A stretch of DNA of 64,000 bases from Mangrovimonas futianensis (lineage in GTDB: Bacteria > Bacteroidota > Bacteroidia > Flavobacteriales > Flavobacteriaceae): NCBI RefSeq assembly GCF_021245805.1, contig NZ_JAJJNF010000002.1, positions 80,962 to 144,961 of the forward strand, in the 5' to 3' direction. The notes beneath the pieces are model-generated. The model saw nothing but the letters and a program-made list of their open reading frames with translations, was not told where the DNA came from and made no database searches. Positions within the stretch are counted from its first letter, which is position 1, and each line of letters starts with the position of its first letter. Shown here piece after piece: positions 18,226 through 28,718 of the stretch. The translations under genes and the position numbers were made by a program.

Positions 18226-20994
18226 ATGAAATCAATTCTATCGATGTTTTTGTTGTTACTATGTTTTACAACATATTCTCAAACAACAATTTCAGGATCG
18301 GTTACGGACAATAATGGACAACCCATACCTGGAGCAAATGTAGTGGTAATGGGAAGGTCTCAAGGAACGGCAACCGATTTTGACGGTCGTTTTACCTTTT
18401 CAGTAGAACAGGACCCTCCGTTTACAATCCAAGCAAGTAGCGTAGGATTCACTTCTGAAACCATGGAAATCACACAAAATAGTCAGGAAGTCAATTTTAT
18501 CCTTGAAGAAGGAACTTCGTTGGATGAAGTTGTTATTTCTGCATCAAGGACTCCCGAAAGAATAAGGGAATCCCCAGTGACCATCGAAAGAATGGATCTC
18601 ACTGAAATCAAGAATACAGCGTCGGCCTCCTTCTATGATTCTGTTGAAAATTTAAAAGGTATTGACATAAACACCAATAGTTTAACTTTTAAATCGGTAA
18701 ATGCTAGAGGATTTGCCACGTTTGCCAATTCAAGATTTATGCAATTGGTGGATGGCATGGATAATTCATCGCCAGCCTTGAACTTCCCGATTGGAAATCT
18801 ATTGGGGATGTCAGAATTAGATGTTAATTCGGTTGAATTATTGCCTGGTGCCTCTTCTGCACTATATGGAGCAAATGCTTTCAATGGTATCATGTTCATG
18901 ACCAGTAAGAATCCTTTTGAGCATTCTGGTATTAGTGTTTATGGCAAAACAGGGATGACTTCAAGTCAAAATGCCGGGGATAATACATATGTTGACGTGG
19001 GAATAAGAGCTGCTTATAAATTCAGTGAAAAATTTGCAGCTAAAGCATCTTTATCATTTTTAAATGGTACGGAATGGTATGCTACAGATTATAGAGACTT
19101 CAACAACCCAGGTTGGAACAGAAATGACCCTGGATATGATGGATTAAATGTATACGGCGATGAAGTATCCACTACTTTAAATTTTGATGAAATTGCCGCT
19201 GGAGCACTTCCAATACCAGTAGCAACTAATTATGGTTCTTCAATGGTATCAAGGACTGGTTATAACGAAGTGGATTTAATGAATTACGATGCTGAAAGTT
19301 TAAAGGCTGACTTTGGACTATATTATAGACCTTGGGAAAATGATTTCGAAATCATATGGAATTCCAAAATAGGTCGAGGAAGTACCATCTATCAAGGGGC
19401 CAATAGATATTCCATCAAAGATTTCTTAATGCAACAACATAAGTTGGAAATAAGAAACAAGAACTTTTTTGTAAGGGGATACACTACCGCAGAAAAGGCG
19501 GGTAATTCATATGATTCTCGTTTCGCAGCGATTAATATGAACAGAGCATGGAAAGGAGACACCCAATGGTTTACCGATTATGCTGGTGCCTATTTGGGAT
19601 ATTTGGCGGGACAGGGTATTTTTGACCCAACTTCAGAGCAAGAAGCGGCAGCACATCTCGCAGCACGATCTGCAGCAGATACTGGAAGATTGATACCTGG
19701 AACGGATGCATTTAACAATACTTTCGACAGAGTTACTTCTGATCCTAACCTAGAAACTGGTGCCAAGTTTAAGGACAACTCCAAAATTTACCACGTGGAT
19801 GCCAATTACAATTTAAGTCATTTAATTGATGTAGTTGACATCATGGTTGGAGGTTCTTACAGACAATATTCCTTAAATTCTGGAGGTACTATATACACAG
19901 ACTATGATGGTTCTATTGATTATAATGAATATGGAGCCTATGTTCAACTTCAGAAAAAATTATTAAGTGACCGATTAAAATTCACTGGGTCTGTTCGTTA
20001 TGACAAATCAGAATTTTTTGATGGTTTCTTCTCTCCAAGAGTGTCTTTTGTTTATGCTGCAGATGAAGCTGAAAAGCACAACATTCGCGCTTCTTACCAA
20101 ACAGGATTTAGAAATCCAACAACTCAAGATTTATTTATTGGTTTAAATGCAGGACGTGCCATATTGGTCGGTTCTTCTCCATCGAATCTAGACAGATATA
20201 CAGCTACAAGCGCACCTTTAAGTACGAACGGTGCTGCCATAGTAGGAGCTCCAAATGTACAGTTGAATGGAGGTGATGCTTATTCTAATGCATTTGACTT
20301 GGCATCTGTTAATGCTGGTAATCCAACAGCTATTAATGTGGGTCTAGTTAAACCGGAGAAAGTGACCGCTTATGAAGTGGGGTATCGTGGTATTGTAGAA
20401 CGCGTCAATATTGATTTGAGTGTTTACTATAACCAATATGAAGATTTTATTTCTAATAAAACGGTTCTAACTCCTTTATACGGACAAGCTGGAGATAATG
20501 GTTTATCCTTATTAGCATTACAAAATGGTGACTACCAAGCTTACCAAACCTATACAAATTCAACGGCAGATATCAATTCTTATGGTGCCTCTATTGGGTT
20601 TAATACCAAAGTATGGAATGGGTTTAATTTTGGTGTCAACTATACCTATGCCAAATTGGATTTTGATGAAGCAAGCGACCCCGGATTTGAAACATCCTTC
20701 AATACCCCTGAACATAAAGTCAAAGCAAGTCTAGGCCACAACGAATTGTTTAAAAATTTTGGTTTTAATGTGAATTGGAGATGGAATGACACCTACCTAT
20801 GGCAATCATCCTTTGCTGATGCATATTTACCTGCAAGAAGTACAGTTGATGCCCAAATTAATTATACCATTCCAAGTATCAAATCAACTTTTAAATTAGG
20901 AGGCTCCAACATTTTGGGCTATGAATATGTAAGTGCTCCAGGTTCAGGAGCAGTAGGAGCTCTTTATTACATTTCTTGGACATTCAACAATTAA
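18226..20994 (+). CDS. TonB-dependent outer membrane receptor with an N-terminal carboxypeptidase-regulatory-like domain
   Basis: Start chosen at MKSILSMFLLLLCFTTYSQ (signal peptide). TISGSVTDNNGQPIPGANVVV (CarbopepD_reg-like), plug domain, and C-terminal ...YYISWTFNN ending in an aromatic residue. Confidence 0.85.
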   Translation: MKSILSMFLLLLCFTTYSQTTISGSVTDNNGQPIPGANVVVMGRSQGTATDFDGRFTFSVEQDPPFTIQASSVGFTSETMEITQNSQEVNFILEEGTSLDEVVISASRTPERIRESPVTIERMDLTEIKNTASASFYDSVENLKGIDINTNSLTFKSVNARGFATFANSRFMQLVDGMDNSSPALNFPIGNLLGMSELDVNSVELLPGASSALYGANAFNGIMFMTSKNPFEHSGISVYGKTGMTSSQNAGDNTYVDVGIRAAYKFSEKFAAKASLSFLNGTEWYATDYRDFNNPGWNRNDPGYDGLNVYGDEVSTTLNFDEIAAGALPIPVATNYGSSMVSRTGYNEVDLMNYDAESLKADFGLYYRPWENDFEIIWNSKIGRGSTIYQGANRYSIKDFLMQQHKLEIRNKNFFVRGYTTAEKAGNSYDSRFAAINMNRAWKGDTQWFTDYAGAYLGYLAGQGIFDPTSEQEAAAHLAARSAADTGRLIPGTDAFNNTFDRVTSDPNLETGAKFKDNSKIYHVDANYNLSHLIDVVDIMVGGSYRQYSLNSGGTIYTDYDGSIDYNEYGAYVQLQKKLLSDRLKFTGSVRYDKSEFFDGFFSPRVSFVYAADEAEKHNIRASYQTGFRNPTTQDLFIGLNAGRAILVGSSPSNLDRYTATSAPLSTNGAAIVGAPNVQLNGGDAYSNAFDLASVNAGNPTAINVGLVKPEKVTAYEVGYRGIVERVNIDLSVYYNQYEDFISNKTVLTPLYGQAGDNGLSLLALQNGDYQAYQTYTNSTADINSYGASIGFNTKVWNGFNFGVNYTYAKLDFDEASDPGFETSFNTPEHKVKASLGHNELFKNFGFNVNWRWNDTYLWQSSFADAYLPARSTVDAQINYTIPSIKSTFKLGGSNILGYEYVSAPGSGAVGALYYISWTFNN

Positions 20995-21005
20995 AAAAAC
21001 TGGTT

Positions 21006-22670
21006 ATGAAAATTAAATATATTTCTTTAATTCTAACTGCTTCACTTGCACTTTATGCCTGTGACAGTGATATAGACGCTCTTTCAGACCCTGTCAACAA
21101 TGAGGTTGTAGAAGGGAATCCGGACATTCAATACAGTAGTGGATCGGCAGACTTTTCAACCTTTGTAAGTGTTGGAAATTCACTAACAGCAGGATACTCT
21201 GACAATTCCCTTTTTGCTATGGGACAAGAGGTATCCTTCCCAAACCTATTGGCTGGTCAATTTGCCTTGGCCGGAGGAGGAGATTTTACACAACCCTATA
21301 TGAATGACGACATTGGAGGTCTTCTACTAGGAGGAAATCCGATTGCTTCTCCTAGAATGTTTTTCGATATCGCTACACAAACACCTTCAGTGGTTAGCGG
21401 TACGCCTTCTACTGAAGTATCAAATATTTTAAACGGTCCATTCAACAACATGGGAGTTCCTGGAGCCAAAACATACCACTTGGTAGCTCCTGGCTATGGG
21501 AACCTTGCCAATTTAGCTGTTGGAGCTGCTAATCCTTATTTTGTGAGAATGGCAACATCACCAAACACGACTGTTATAGCTGATGCCATGGCTATGAATC
21601 CAACCTTTTTCTCTCTTTGGATAGGAAATAATGACGTTTTGGGTTACGCCGCATCTGGTGGGTCTGGGACAGATCATAATGTGACTGGGAATTTAGACCC
21701 ATCGACCTATGCTTCTAATGATATTACTAACTCCAATGTCTTTGCCCAAGTATACAATGGCTTGGTTCAAACCATGGTTTCAGGAGGTGCAGAAGGGGTC
21801 ATTATGAATATTCCTGATGTGACTTCTACCCCATATTTCAATACCGTGCCATATGCGCCATTAGACCCAACCAATCCAGATTTTGGTCCGCAAATACCGA
21901 CTCTAAATATGATCTTTGGCGCTTTAAATGGTGTTTTCACTGCATTAGGCGAACCAGAAAGAGCCATTATATTCAATGAAAATGCAGCAAGTGCCATTGT
22001 CATCAAAGATGAAAATTTAACAGATATTTCAGCCTCTATTGAATTTGCGTTGAACAGCAGTCCTACTTTTCCTGCTTTTATTGGTCAATTTGGTTTACCT
22101 CCAGAAGCAGCGCCACTTATCGCAAATATTTTAGGGCAACAGTACGGACAATGTAGACAAGCCACTGCTGAAGACTTAGTTGTCTTAACGAGCAGTTCAG
22201 TTATTGGAACTCCAAACATGGCATCGGCAACCGCTTTGGCCACCCAATTGATTAATAATGGTATTCCAGCTGCCTCCGCCCAACAATTGGCAGGCATGTT
22301 TTCCTTAGAAGGAATTACCTATGCCATGGATGACCAATGGGTCCTTTTACCAGAAGAACAAGAAGATGTCAACAATGCTATTTCAGCCTTTAACAATATC
22401 ATTGAAAATGCAGCGATGACCAACGATTTGGCATTTTTTGATGTCAATAGCTTTTTTACAGAAGTGGCCAACACTGGATATCAAGCTGGAAGTGCATTTA
22501 TGACTGCAGATTACGTGACTGGAGGAACCTTTTCTTTAGATGGAATTCACCCATCTCCAAGAGGTTATTCGGTAATTGCAAACAAAATTTTGGAAGTGAT
22601 AAACGCCAAATACGGATCGAATATTCAAGGGGTTAATCCAGTAGATTTTACAGGAGTTTACATTCAGTAA
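21006..22670 (+). CDS. SGNH/GDSL-family hydrolase lipoprotein
   Basis: MKIKYISLILTASLALYAC lipobox. Block I VGNSLTAGY (GDSL-like with catalytic Ser) and block V DGIHPSPRGY (DxxH). Immediately downstream of the TBDR, probably co-transcribed. Confidence 0.55.
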   Translation: MKIKYISLILTASLALYACDSDIDALSDPVNNEVVEGNPDIQYSSGSADFSTFVSVGNSLTAGYSDNSLFAMGQEVSFPNLLAGQFALAGGGDFTQPYMNDDIGGLLLGGNPIASPRMFFDIATQTPSVVSGTPSTEVSNILNGPFNNMGVPGAKTYHLVAPGYGNLANLAVGAANPYFVRMATSPNTTVIADAMAMNPTFFSLWIGNNDVLGYAASGGSGTDHNVTGNLDPSTYASNDITNSNVFAQVYNGLVQTMVSGGAEGVIMNIPDVTSTPYFNTVPYAPLDPTNPDFGPQIPTLNMIFGALNGVFTALGEPERAIIFNENAASAIVIKDENLTDISASIEFALNSSPTFPAFIGQFGLPPEAAPLIANILGQQYGQCRQATAEDLVVLTSSSVIGTPNMASATALATQLINNGIPAASAQQLAGMFSLEGITYAMDDQWVLLPEEQEDVNNAISAFNNIIENAAMTNDLAFFDVNSFFTEVANTGYQAGSAFMTADYVTGGTFSLDGIHPSPRGYSVIANKILEVINAKYGSNIQGVNPVDFTGVYIQ

Positions 22671-22692
22671 TCCAACACATTGCATAAAAAAA

Positions 22693-22722
22693 AGCGCCCC
22701 TTAAAAGTGGGCGTTTTTTTTT
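22693..22722 (+). terminator. Rho-independent terminator after the TBDR-SGNH unit
   Basis: CGCCC/GGGCG stem (22695-22699 / 22709-22713) followed by T10. Confidence 0.6.
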
Positions 22723-22768
22723 GGCACCAAAAACCCTAAAAACATATTTTATATTAAATTAAAAAACA

Positions 22769-22776
22769 TATCTTTG
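22769..22776 (+). promoter_or_regulatory. Possible Bacteroidota sigmaA -7 element (TAnnTTTG) upstream of atpD
   Basis: TATCTTTG, 62 nt upstream of the atpD ATG. No convincing -33 TTG was found. Confidence 0.3.
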
Positions 22777-22834
22777 CAGCGCGAAAACCAGAGGCGTTTT
22801 CATTCAATTAAATTGCATAATATTAAATACATAA

Positions 22835-24346
<1,512 letters not shown>

Positions 24347-24387
24347 AACAGTAAGCAGTATGCCGTATGCAGTTGGCTTTAATCCAC

Positions 24388-24415
24388 TAATTACTAATTA
24401 CTGATTACTAAATAC
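24388..24415. repeat. Imperfect tandem heptamer (TAATTAC)x4 in the atpD-atpC spacer
   Basis: TAATTAC TAATTAC TGATTAC TAAATAC read directly. Confidence 0.4.
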
Positions 24416-24424
24416 TAAGAAACT

Positions 24425-24709
24425 ATGTATTTAGAAATTGTATCACCAGAAGCCACCATTTTCAGTTCAGAAGTTGATTCTGTGGTTGTGCCTGGAGCTA
24501 TGGGAGAGTTTCAAATGTTAAATAACCACGCACCTATTGTGTCGTTATTGAAAGAAGGAACCATTAAGATTCATACGCATTCCGATAGTAAATTGGTTTA
24601 TGATGAACTGCATGGGTCTTTGGTACCAGAAGACAAACTTTTAAAACTTAAAATCAACTCTGGCACTTTAGAAATGAAAGATAATAAAGCCATTATTTTA
24701 GTCGAGTAA
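24425..24709 (+). CDS. atpC: F0F1 ATP synthase subunit epsilon (short Bacteroidota-type)
   Basis: MYLEIVSPEATIFSSEVDSVVVPGAMGEFQMLNNHAPIVSLLKEGTIKI; 94 aa; directly downstream of atpD. Confidence 0.85.
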   Translation: MYLEIVSPEATIFSSEVDSVVVPGAMGEFQMLNNHAPIVSLLKEGTIKIHTHSDSKLVYDELHGSLVPEDKLLKLKINSGTLEMKDNKAIILVE

Positions 24710-24732
24710 GCTTTATTTCGCTATAATTTTTA

Positions 24733-24766
24733 AAACCGTAAAGTTTTTCTTTACGGTTTTTTTATT
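24733..24766 (+). terminator. Rho-independent terminator of atpDC
   Basis: 9-bp stem ACCGTAAAG/CTTTACGGT with a TTTTT loop, then a T-run. Confidence 0.7.
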
Positions 24767-24795
24767 TTAGCCAGAACCAAACAAATCAACTAGCC

Positions 24796-25323
24796 ATGTC
24801 CCATACCATTAAATTTATCCAAAAAGTACCCCTTTGGAAAACCATCTTAGGAGTCACCTTTCTTCTTAATATCCCACTATTTATACTTCTATTTGGGATA
24901 TTAGCCATTGTGCCATTAGTCTTGGTTTTCCAAACCCTCAAGCGACAAGGCACTGAAATCGATTTAAATTCAAAAAAATATCGAAATATCACCTCCTTTT
25001 TAGGTCTCAGTTTTGGAAATTGGCAGGACTTACCCGAAATAGACTATGTCTCTGTATTTGCCACAACAGAAACAGTAACTATGAGAGCAGTCTCTGCCCA
25101 ATCTAGTAGAACTCAAGACATAATTAAATTGAACTTATTTCACAGCAGAAACCAAAAAATTGAGGCCTATTCCACACAAGATAAAATCGAGGCCTTTGAT
25201 GTGGCTATTCAGATTGCAGAAACCCTATCTGCTGATGTTTTGGATGCCACAAACAAAGGTGATAATGAATTTATTGATATGGACCATTTCAAATTTACTA
25301 AAGAAATAAAGTACATTTCTTAA
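24796..25323 (+). CDS. Hypothetical membrane protein (two N-terminal TM helices plus a ~110-aa soluble domain)
   Basis: ORF with a hydrophobic N-terminus ILGVTFLLNIPLFILLFGILAIVPLVLVF. No recognisable motifs. Convergent with the SSS transporter gene; stop codons 2 bp apart. Confidence 0.4.
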   Translation: MSHTIKFIQKVPLWKTILGVTFLLNIPLFILLFGILAIVPLVLVFQTLKRQGTEIDLNSKKYRNITSFLGLSFGNWQDLPEIDYVSVFATTETVTMRAVSAQSSRTQDIIKLNLFHSRNQKIEAYSTQDKIEAFDVAIQIAETLSADVLDATNKGDNEFIDMDHFKFTKEIKYIS

Positions 25324-25325
25324 AT

Positions 25326-27068
25326 CTATTCAACCTCATCAAGAACCTTGTTCCAAATCATCTTCAGTATAACCGCACAAACAATAGCCAAAACCGTCAA
25401 TAAGAATGCTGCCAAGATTTTCCCATAAATATAATAACCAGTAGCAAACAACACGCTATAAGTTCCTATGACACCAAGAAAGAAAGCTAATATCTTATAA
25501 CCAATATTTTTGAATTTACTTTCATTACCAAAGGCTACATTTTCAAAATGGCTAAGTGTTTCTTGATTACTTCTAGGCGTCATTAGTGTCACAACAATCC
25601 ACCCAATAGTGGTTAAGACCACACCTATAATCAATTGCATATACCCTTGTAACTCAAACCATGGTTGTTCCAATTTTCCATTAACAAAAAACACTACCGC
25701 AATAATGAATGAAATCACCATGGCAGCAATCTCGCTGTACGGATTAATTTGCTTCCAAAACCATCTGAGTATAAACAACAGGCCGGTCCCCGCTCCTATT
25801 TGTAACAACAGATCAAAAACGTCTTTAGCTGATTTGATATAAAAGGAGAATAAAGCAGCACAAACCATCAAAAGGACTGTTGAAATTCTACCAACGAGCA
25901 CTTTCTGCTTTTCGCTAGCACCTTCATTTATAAATCTTCCATAAAAGTCGTTAACAATATAGGAACTACCCCAATTCAATTGTGTGGAAATCGTACTCAT
26001 AAAAGCGGCTGCGAGAGAGGTAATCACCAAACCGATTAAGCCAGCAGGCAAATAAGTCATCATAGCCGCATACGCCACATCATGACCGTGCATATCCTCA
26101 TGCAACCCAGGAAAGGCGACTCCAATACTCTCTAAGGAAGGGAACACAACCAAAGAAGCCAAACCTACTAGAATCCATGGCCACGGCCTTAAAGCATAAT
26201 GGGCAAAATTAAAAAACAGAGTCGCCCAAGTGGCGTGTTTTTCATCCTTGGCAGCTAACATACGTTGTGCAATATATCCACCACCTCCTGGTTCTGCTCC
26301 GGGATACCAAGTACTCCACCATTGCACCGCAAATGGGATGATAAACAACGTTATTAATGTTTCAGTATTGGAGAAGTCTGGAAGAATATTAAGTTTTCCT
26401 GAAACATTTTCATGTTGCAAAAGCTCTCCCATTCCACCAATCTCAGGCAAATTAACAATATAAATTGTAGCCCAAACAGACCCAACCATGGCCAAAAGAA
26501 ATTGAAAGAAATCTGTAATCAATACCCCCTTTAAACCTCCTAACGAGGAATAAATCACCACTATAATTGAAGAATATAGCAGCGTTTCTTGTTGGGACAA
26601 TCCCAATAAAATATTGGCAATTTTAGAGCCGGCCAAACAAACACCTGCCATGGTGATTATATTAAAAATAACCCCCAAATAAATAGCTCGAAATCCTCTT
26701 AAAAAACTAGCTGGTTTCCCGGAATACCGCAATTCATAAAATTCTAAATCCGTAGTAATTCCCGACTTTCGCCATAATTTGGCATAAAAGAAAACAGTGA
26801 GCATTCCCGTAAGCAACAGAGCCCACCAAACCCAGTTTCCAGAAACCCCATTGGTTCTCACCAATTCAGTAACCAATCCAGGTGTATCAGCTGCAAAGGT
26901 AGTCGCTACCATAGATACCCCTAACAACCACCAAGGCATGTTTCGTCCAGAAAGAAAAAACTCAGAGCTATTTTCCCCTGATTTTTTGGAGACTACAATA
27001 CCAATTAGGATAGAAAATGCAAAGAACAAAGCGATTATAACAAAGTCTAAGGAAGAAAGATGAATCAT
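25326..27068 (-). CDS. Sodium:solute symporter (SSS family) transporter
   Basis: FFLSGRNMPWWLLGVSMVATTFAADTPGLV signature of the SSF N-terminus; about 13-14 TM helices; 580 aa. Confidence 0.8.
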   Translation of the reverse strand: MIHLSSLDFVIIALFFAFSILIGIVVSKKSGENSSEFFLSGRNMPWWLLGVSMVATTFAADTPGLVTELVRTNGVSGNWVWWALLLTGMLTVFFYAKLWRKSGITTDLEFYELRYSGKPASFLRGFRAIYLGVIFNIITMAGVCLAGSKIANILLGLSQQETLLYSSIIVVIYSSLGGLKGVLITDFFQFLLAMVGSVWATIYIVNLPEIGGMGELLQHENVSGKLNILPDFSNTETLITLFIIPFAVQWWSTWYPGAEPGGGGYIAQRMLAAKDEKHATWATLFFNFAHYALRPWPWILVGLASLVVFPSLESIGVAFPGLHEDMHGHDVAYAAMMTYLPAGLIGLVITSLAAAFMSTISTQLNWGSSYIVNDFYGRFINEGASEKQKVLVGRISTVLLMVCAALFSFYIKSAKDVFDLLLQIGAGTGLLFILRWFWKQINPYSEIAAMVISFIIAVVFFVNGKLEQPWFELQGYMQLIIGVVLTTIGWIVVTLMTPRSNQETLSHFENVAFGNESKFKNIGYKILAFFLGVIGTYSVLFATGYYIYGKILAAFLLTVLAIVCAVILKMIWNKVLDEVE

Positions 27069-27148
27069 GAAAGCGTTTATTTATCTGCTAAATATAATAC
27101 AAACTTCAAGCATTCCACAATTTGATTTCATTCAATAATATTCTAAAC

Positions 27149-28648
27149 CTAGTGAGATTTTGCTATCCTTAAATAGGCGCTTTTCAAGCTATCCATAACG
27201 TACTCTATTTCTGTTTCGTTAAGGTGACCAAACCCAAAACGGATGGCGCAAGTATTCTTATCTTGATATAAAATAGTTTTGGGAAGAAAGACATTCTCCT
27301 TGACACTCTCTTCCGTAAAACGGACCAAGGAAATTGGCTCAGTAAATTGTAGCCAAATCGCAAGTCCACCAGTTGGTTTTTCCCATTTTAAAATATCTCC
27401 AAAATGAAAATCTAATTGGTTACATAAAACCTCCAGTCGCTGTCTATAAAGCAACACATTCTTTTTTAAATAGCGGTGGATTTCACCTTCATAGATAAGC
27501 GCAGATAGCATTTGTTGCTGAATCAAATCACCTTGGGCATCTAGTAACTCCAAATAATTTTTAGCCTCAGAAATCAAGTTCTTGGGAGCTACTACAAAAC
27601 CGGTTTGAAAACTCGGAAATAAAGATTGACCAAACTTGCCCAAATAAATTACCATTCCGTGTGTATCAGAGCTAGCTAAAGGTAACATAGGAGACCCTTC
27701 ATACTGAAAATCATAATCAAAATCATCTTCAATGATGGCAAATTGATATTCTTTGGCCAACTCCAAAAGCTGCAGACGCCTTTCAGCACTTAATGTTTGA
27801 TTGGAGGGATAATGCCTTTGCGGATTTATATAGACACACCTAATAGATTTCTTGATAAAATGGGTTTTTATATAATTGACATCCAAACCATCTTGATCAA
27901 CCGGAATGATTTTTACATCGGCACCTACTTGTTGAAAGATTCTATTGGCAGAATAGTTGCTTAAATCACCTACCAAAACCACGTCCCTTTTTTTCAAAAG
28001 CAATTGAGAGACCACATACAAGCTCATTTCGGTACTTCTGGTACTAATCAAATTTTGAGGCTTCATATTGAACCCGCGAGTAGTATTCAAAAAGTTACAC
28101 AGCTGGGTCTCATAATTAAAATAGAAGGAGTCTTCATTTTGATGCCATTTACTCGGCAAGTTTCTACGTTTTAAAGTCGAATTGTACCATCTAGAAAACT
28201 GATGGGTAGGATGCAATCTCAAATCTGGTTGGCCATCATTGATACTAATTTTTGCTTCTGAATATTCTCTGGTAGAAGCCAAATGAAAAGAAGCTTGAAA
28301 TGGAAAACCTGTTTTATCGGGATACCTATTGATTTGATCTACTTGAAATCCATGTGCTACAATCGCTTCCTTCTTCCTTTCTGGAACCAGTACAAAAGAT
28401 CCTTTATTTGCCAAGATTTCTACCCATCCTTGCGCTGCCAATTCATTATAAACAGCCACAGCCGTGTTCCTATGTATATTTAAAGCTTTGGAAAACACCC
28501 GTGTACCCGGAAGTTTTGTACCTTTAGTAATATATCCCCTTTGTATAGCATTGATTATTTGTTGGGAAATTTGAACATAAACGGGCTGGGTAGCCGATTT
28601 ATCGACTTGAATTAATTGTTTTACTCGATCTAAAACCGGACTATTCAT
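27149..28648 (-). CDS. MocR/GabR-family transcriptional regulator (GntR HTH fused to a fold-type I PLP aminotransferase-like domain)
   Basis: N-terminal GntR HTH (LPGTRVFSKALNIHRNTAVAVYNELAAQGWV) plus a ~380-aa aminotransferase-like domain; 499 aa. Confidence 0.85.
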   Translation of the reverse strand: MNSPVLDRVKQLIQVDKSATQPVYVQISQQIINAIQRGYITKGTKLPGTRVFSKALNIHRNTAVAVYNELAAQGWVEILANKGSFVLVPERKKEAIVAHGFQVDQINRYPDKTGFPFQASFHLASTREYSEAKISINDGQPDLRLHPTHQFSRWYNSTLKRRNLPSKWHQNEDSFYFNYETQLCNFLNTTRGFNMKPQNLISTRSTEMSLYVVSQLLLKKRDVVLVGDLSNYSANRIFQQVGADVKIIPVDQDGLDVNYIKTHFIKKSIRCVYINPQRHYPSNQTLSAERRLQLLELAKEYQFAIIEDDFDYDFQYEGSPMLPLASSDTHGMVIYLGKFGQSLFPSFQTGFVVAPKNLISEAKNYLELLDAQGDLIQQQMLSALIYEGEIHRYLKKNVLLYRQRLEVLCNQLDFHFGDILKWEKPTGGLAIWLQFTEPISLVRFTEESVKENVFLPKTILYQDKNTCAIRFGFGHLNETEIEYVMDSLKSAYLRIAKSH

Positions 28649-28718
28649 TGTTTTAAAACTGGACTAGTTTACTAATCCGGAAAATTACGAATTTTGCATC
28701 GTTTTTTAAAAATCCCTA

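Noticed and set aside
20976-21005. Upstream extension (MDIQQLKKLV) of the SGNH lipoprotein ORF overlapping the TBDR 3' end
   Set aside because: The start MKIKYISLILTASLALYAC at 21006 gives a canonical lipoprotein signal peptide, so the longer form is unlikely.
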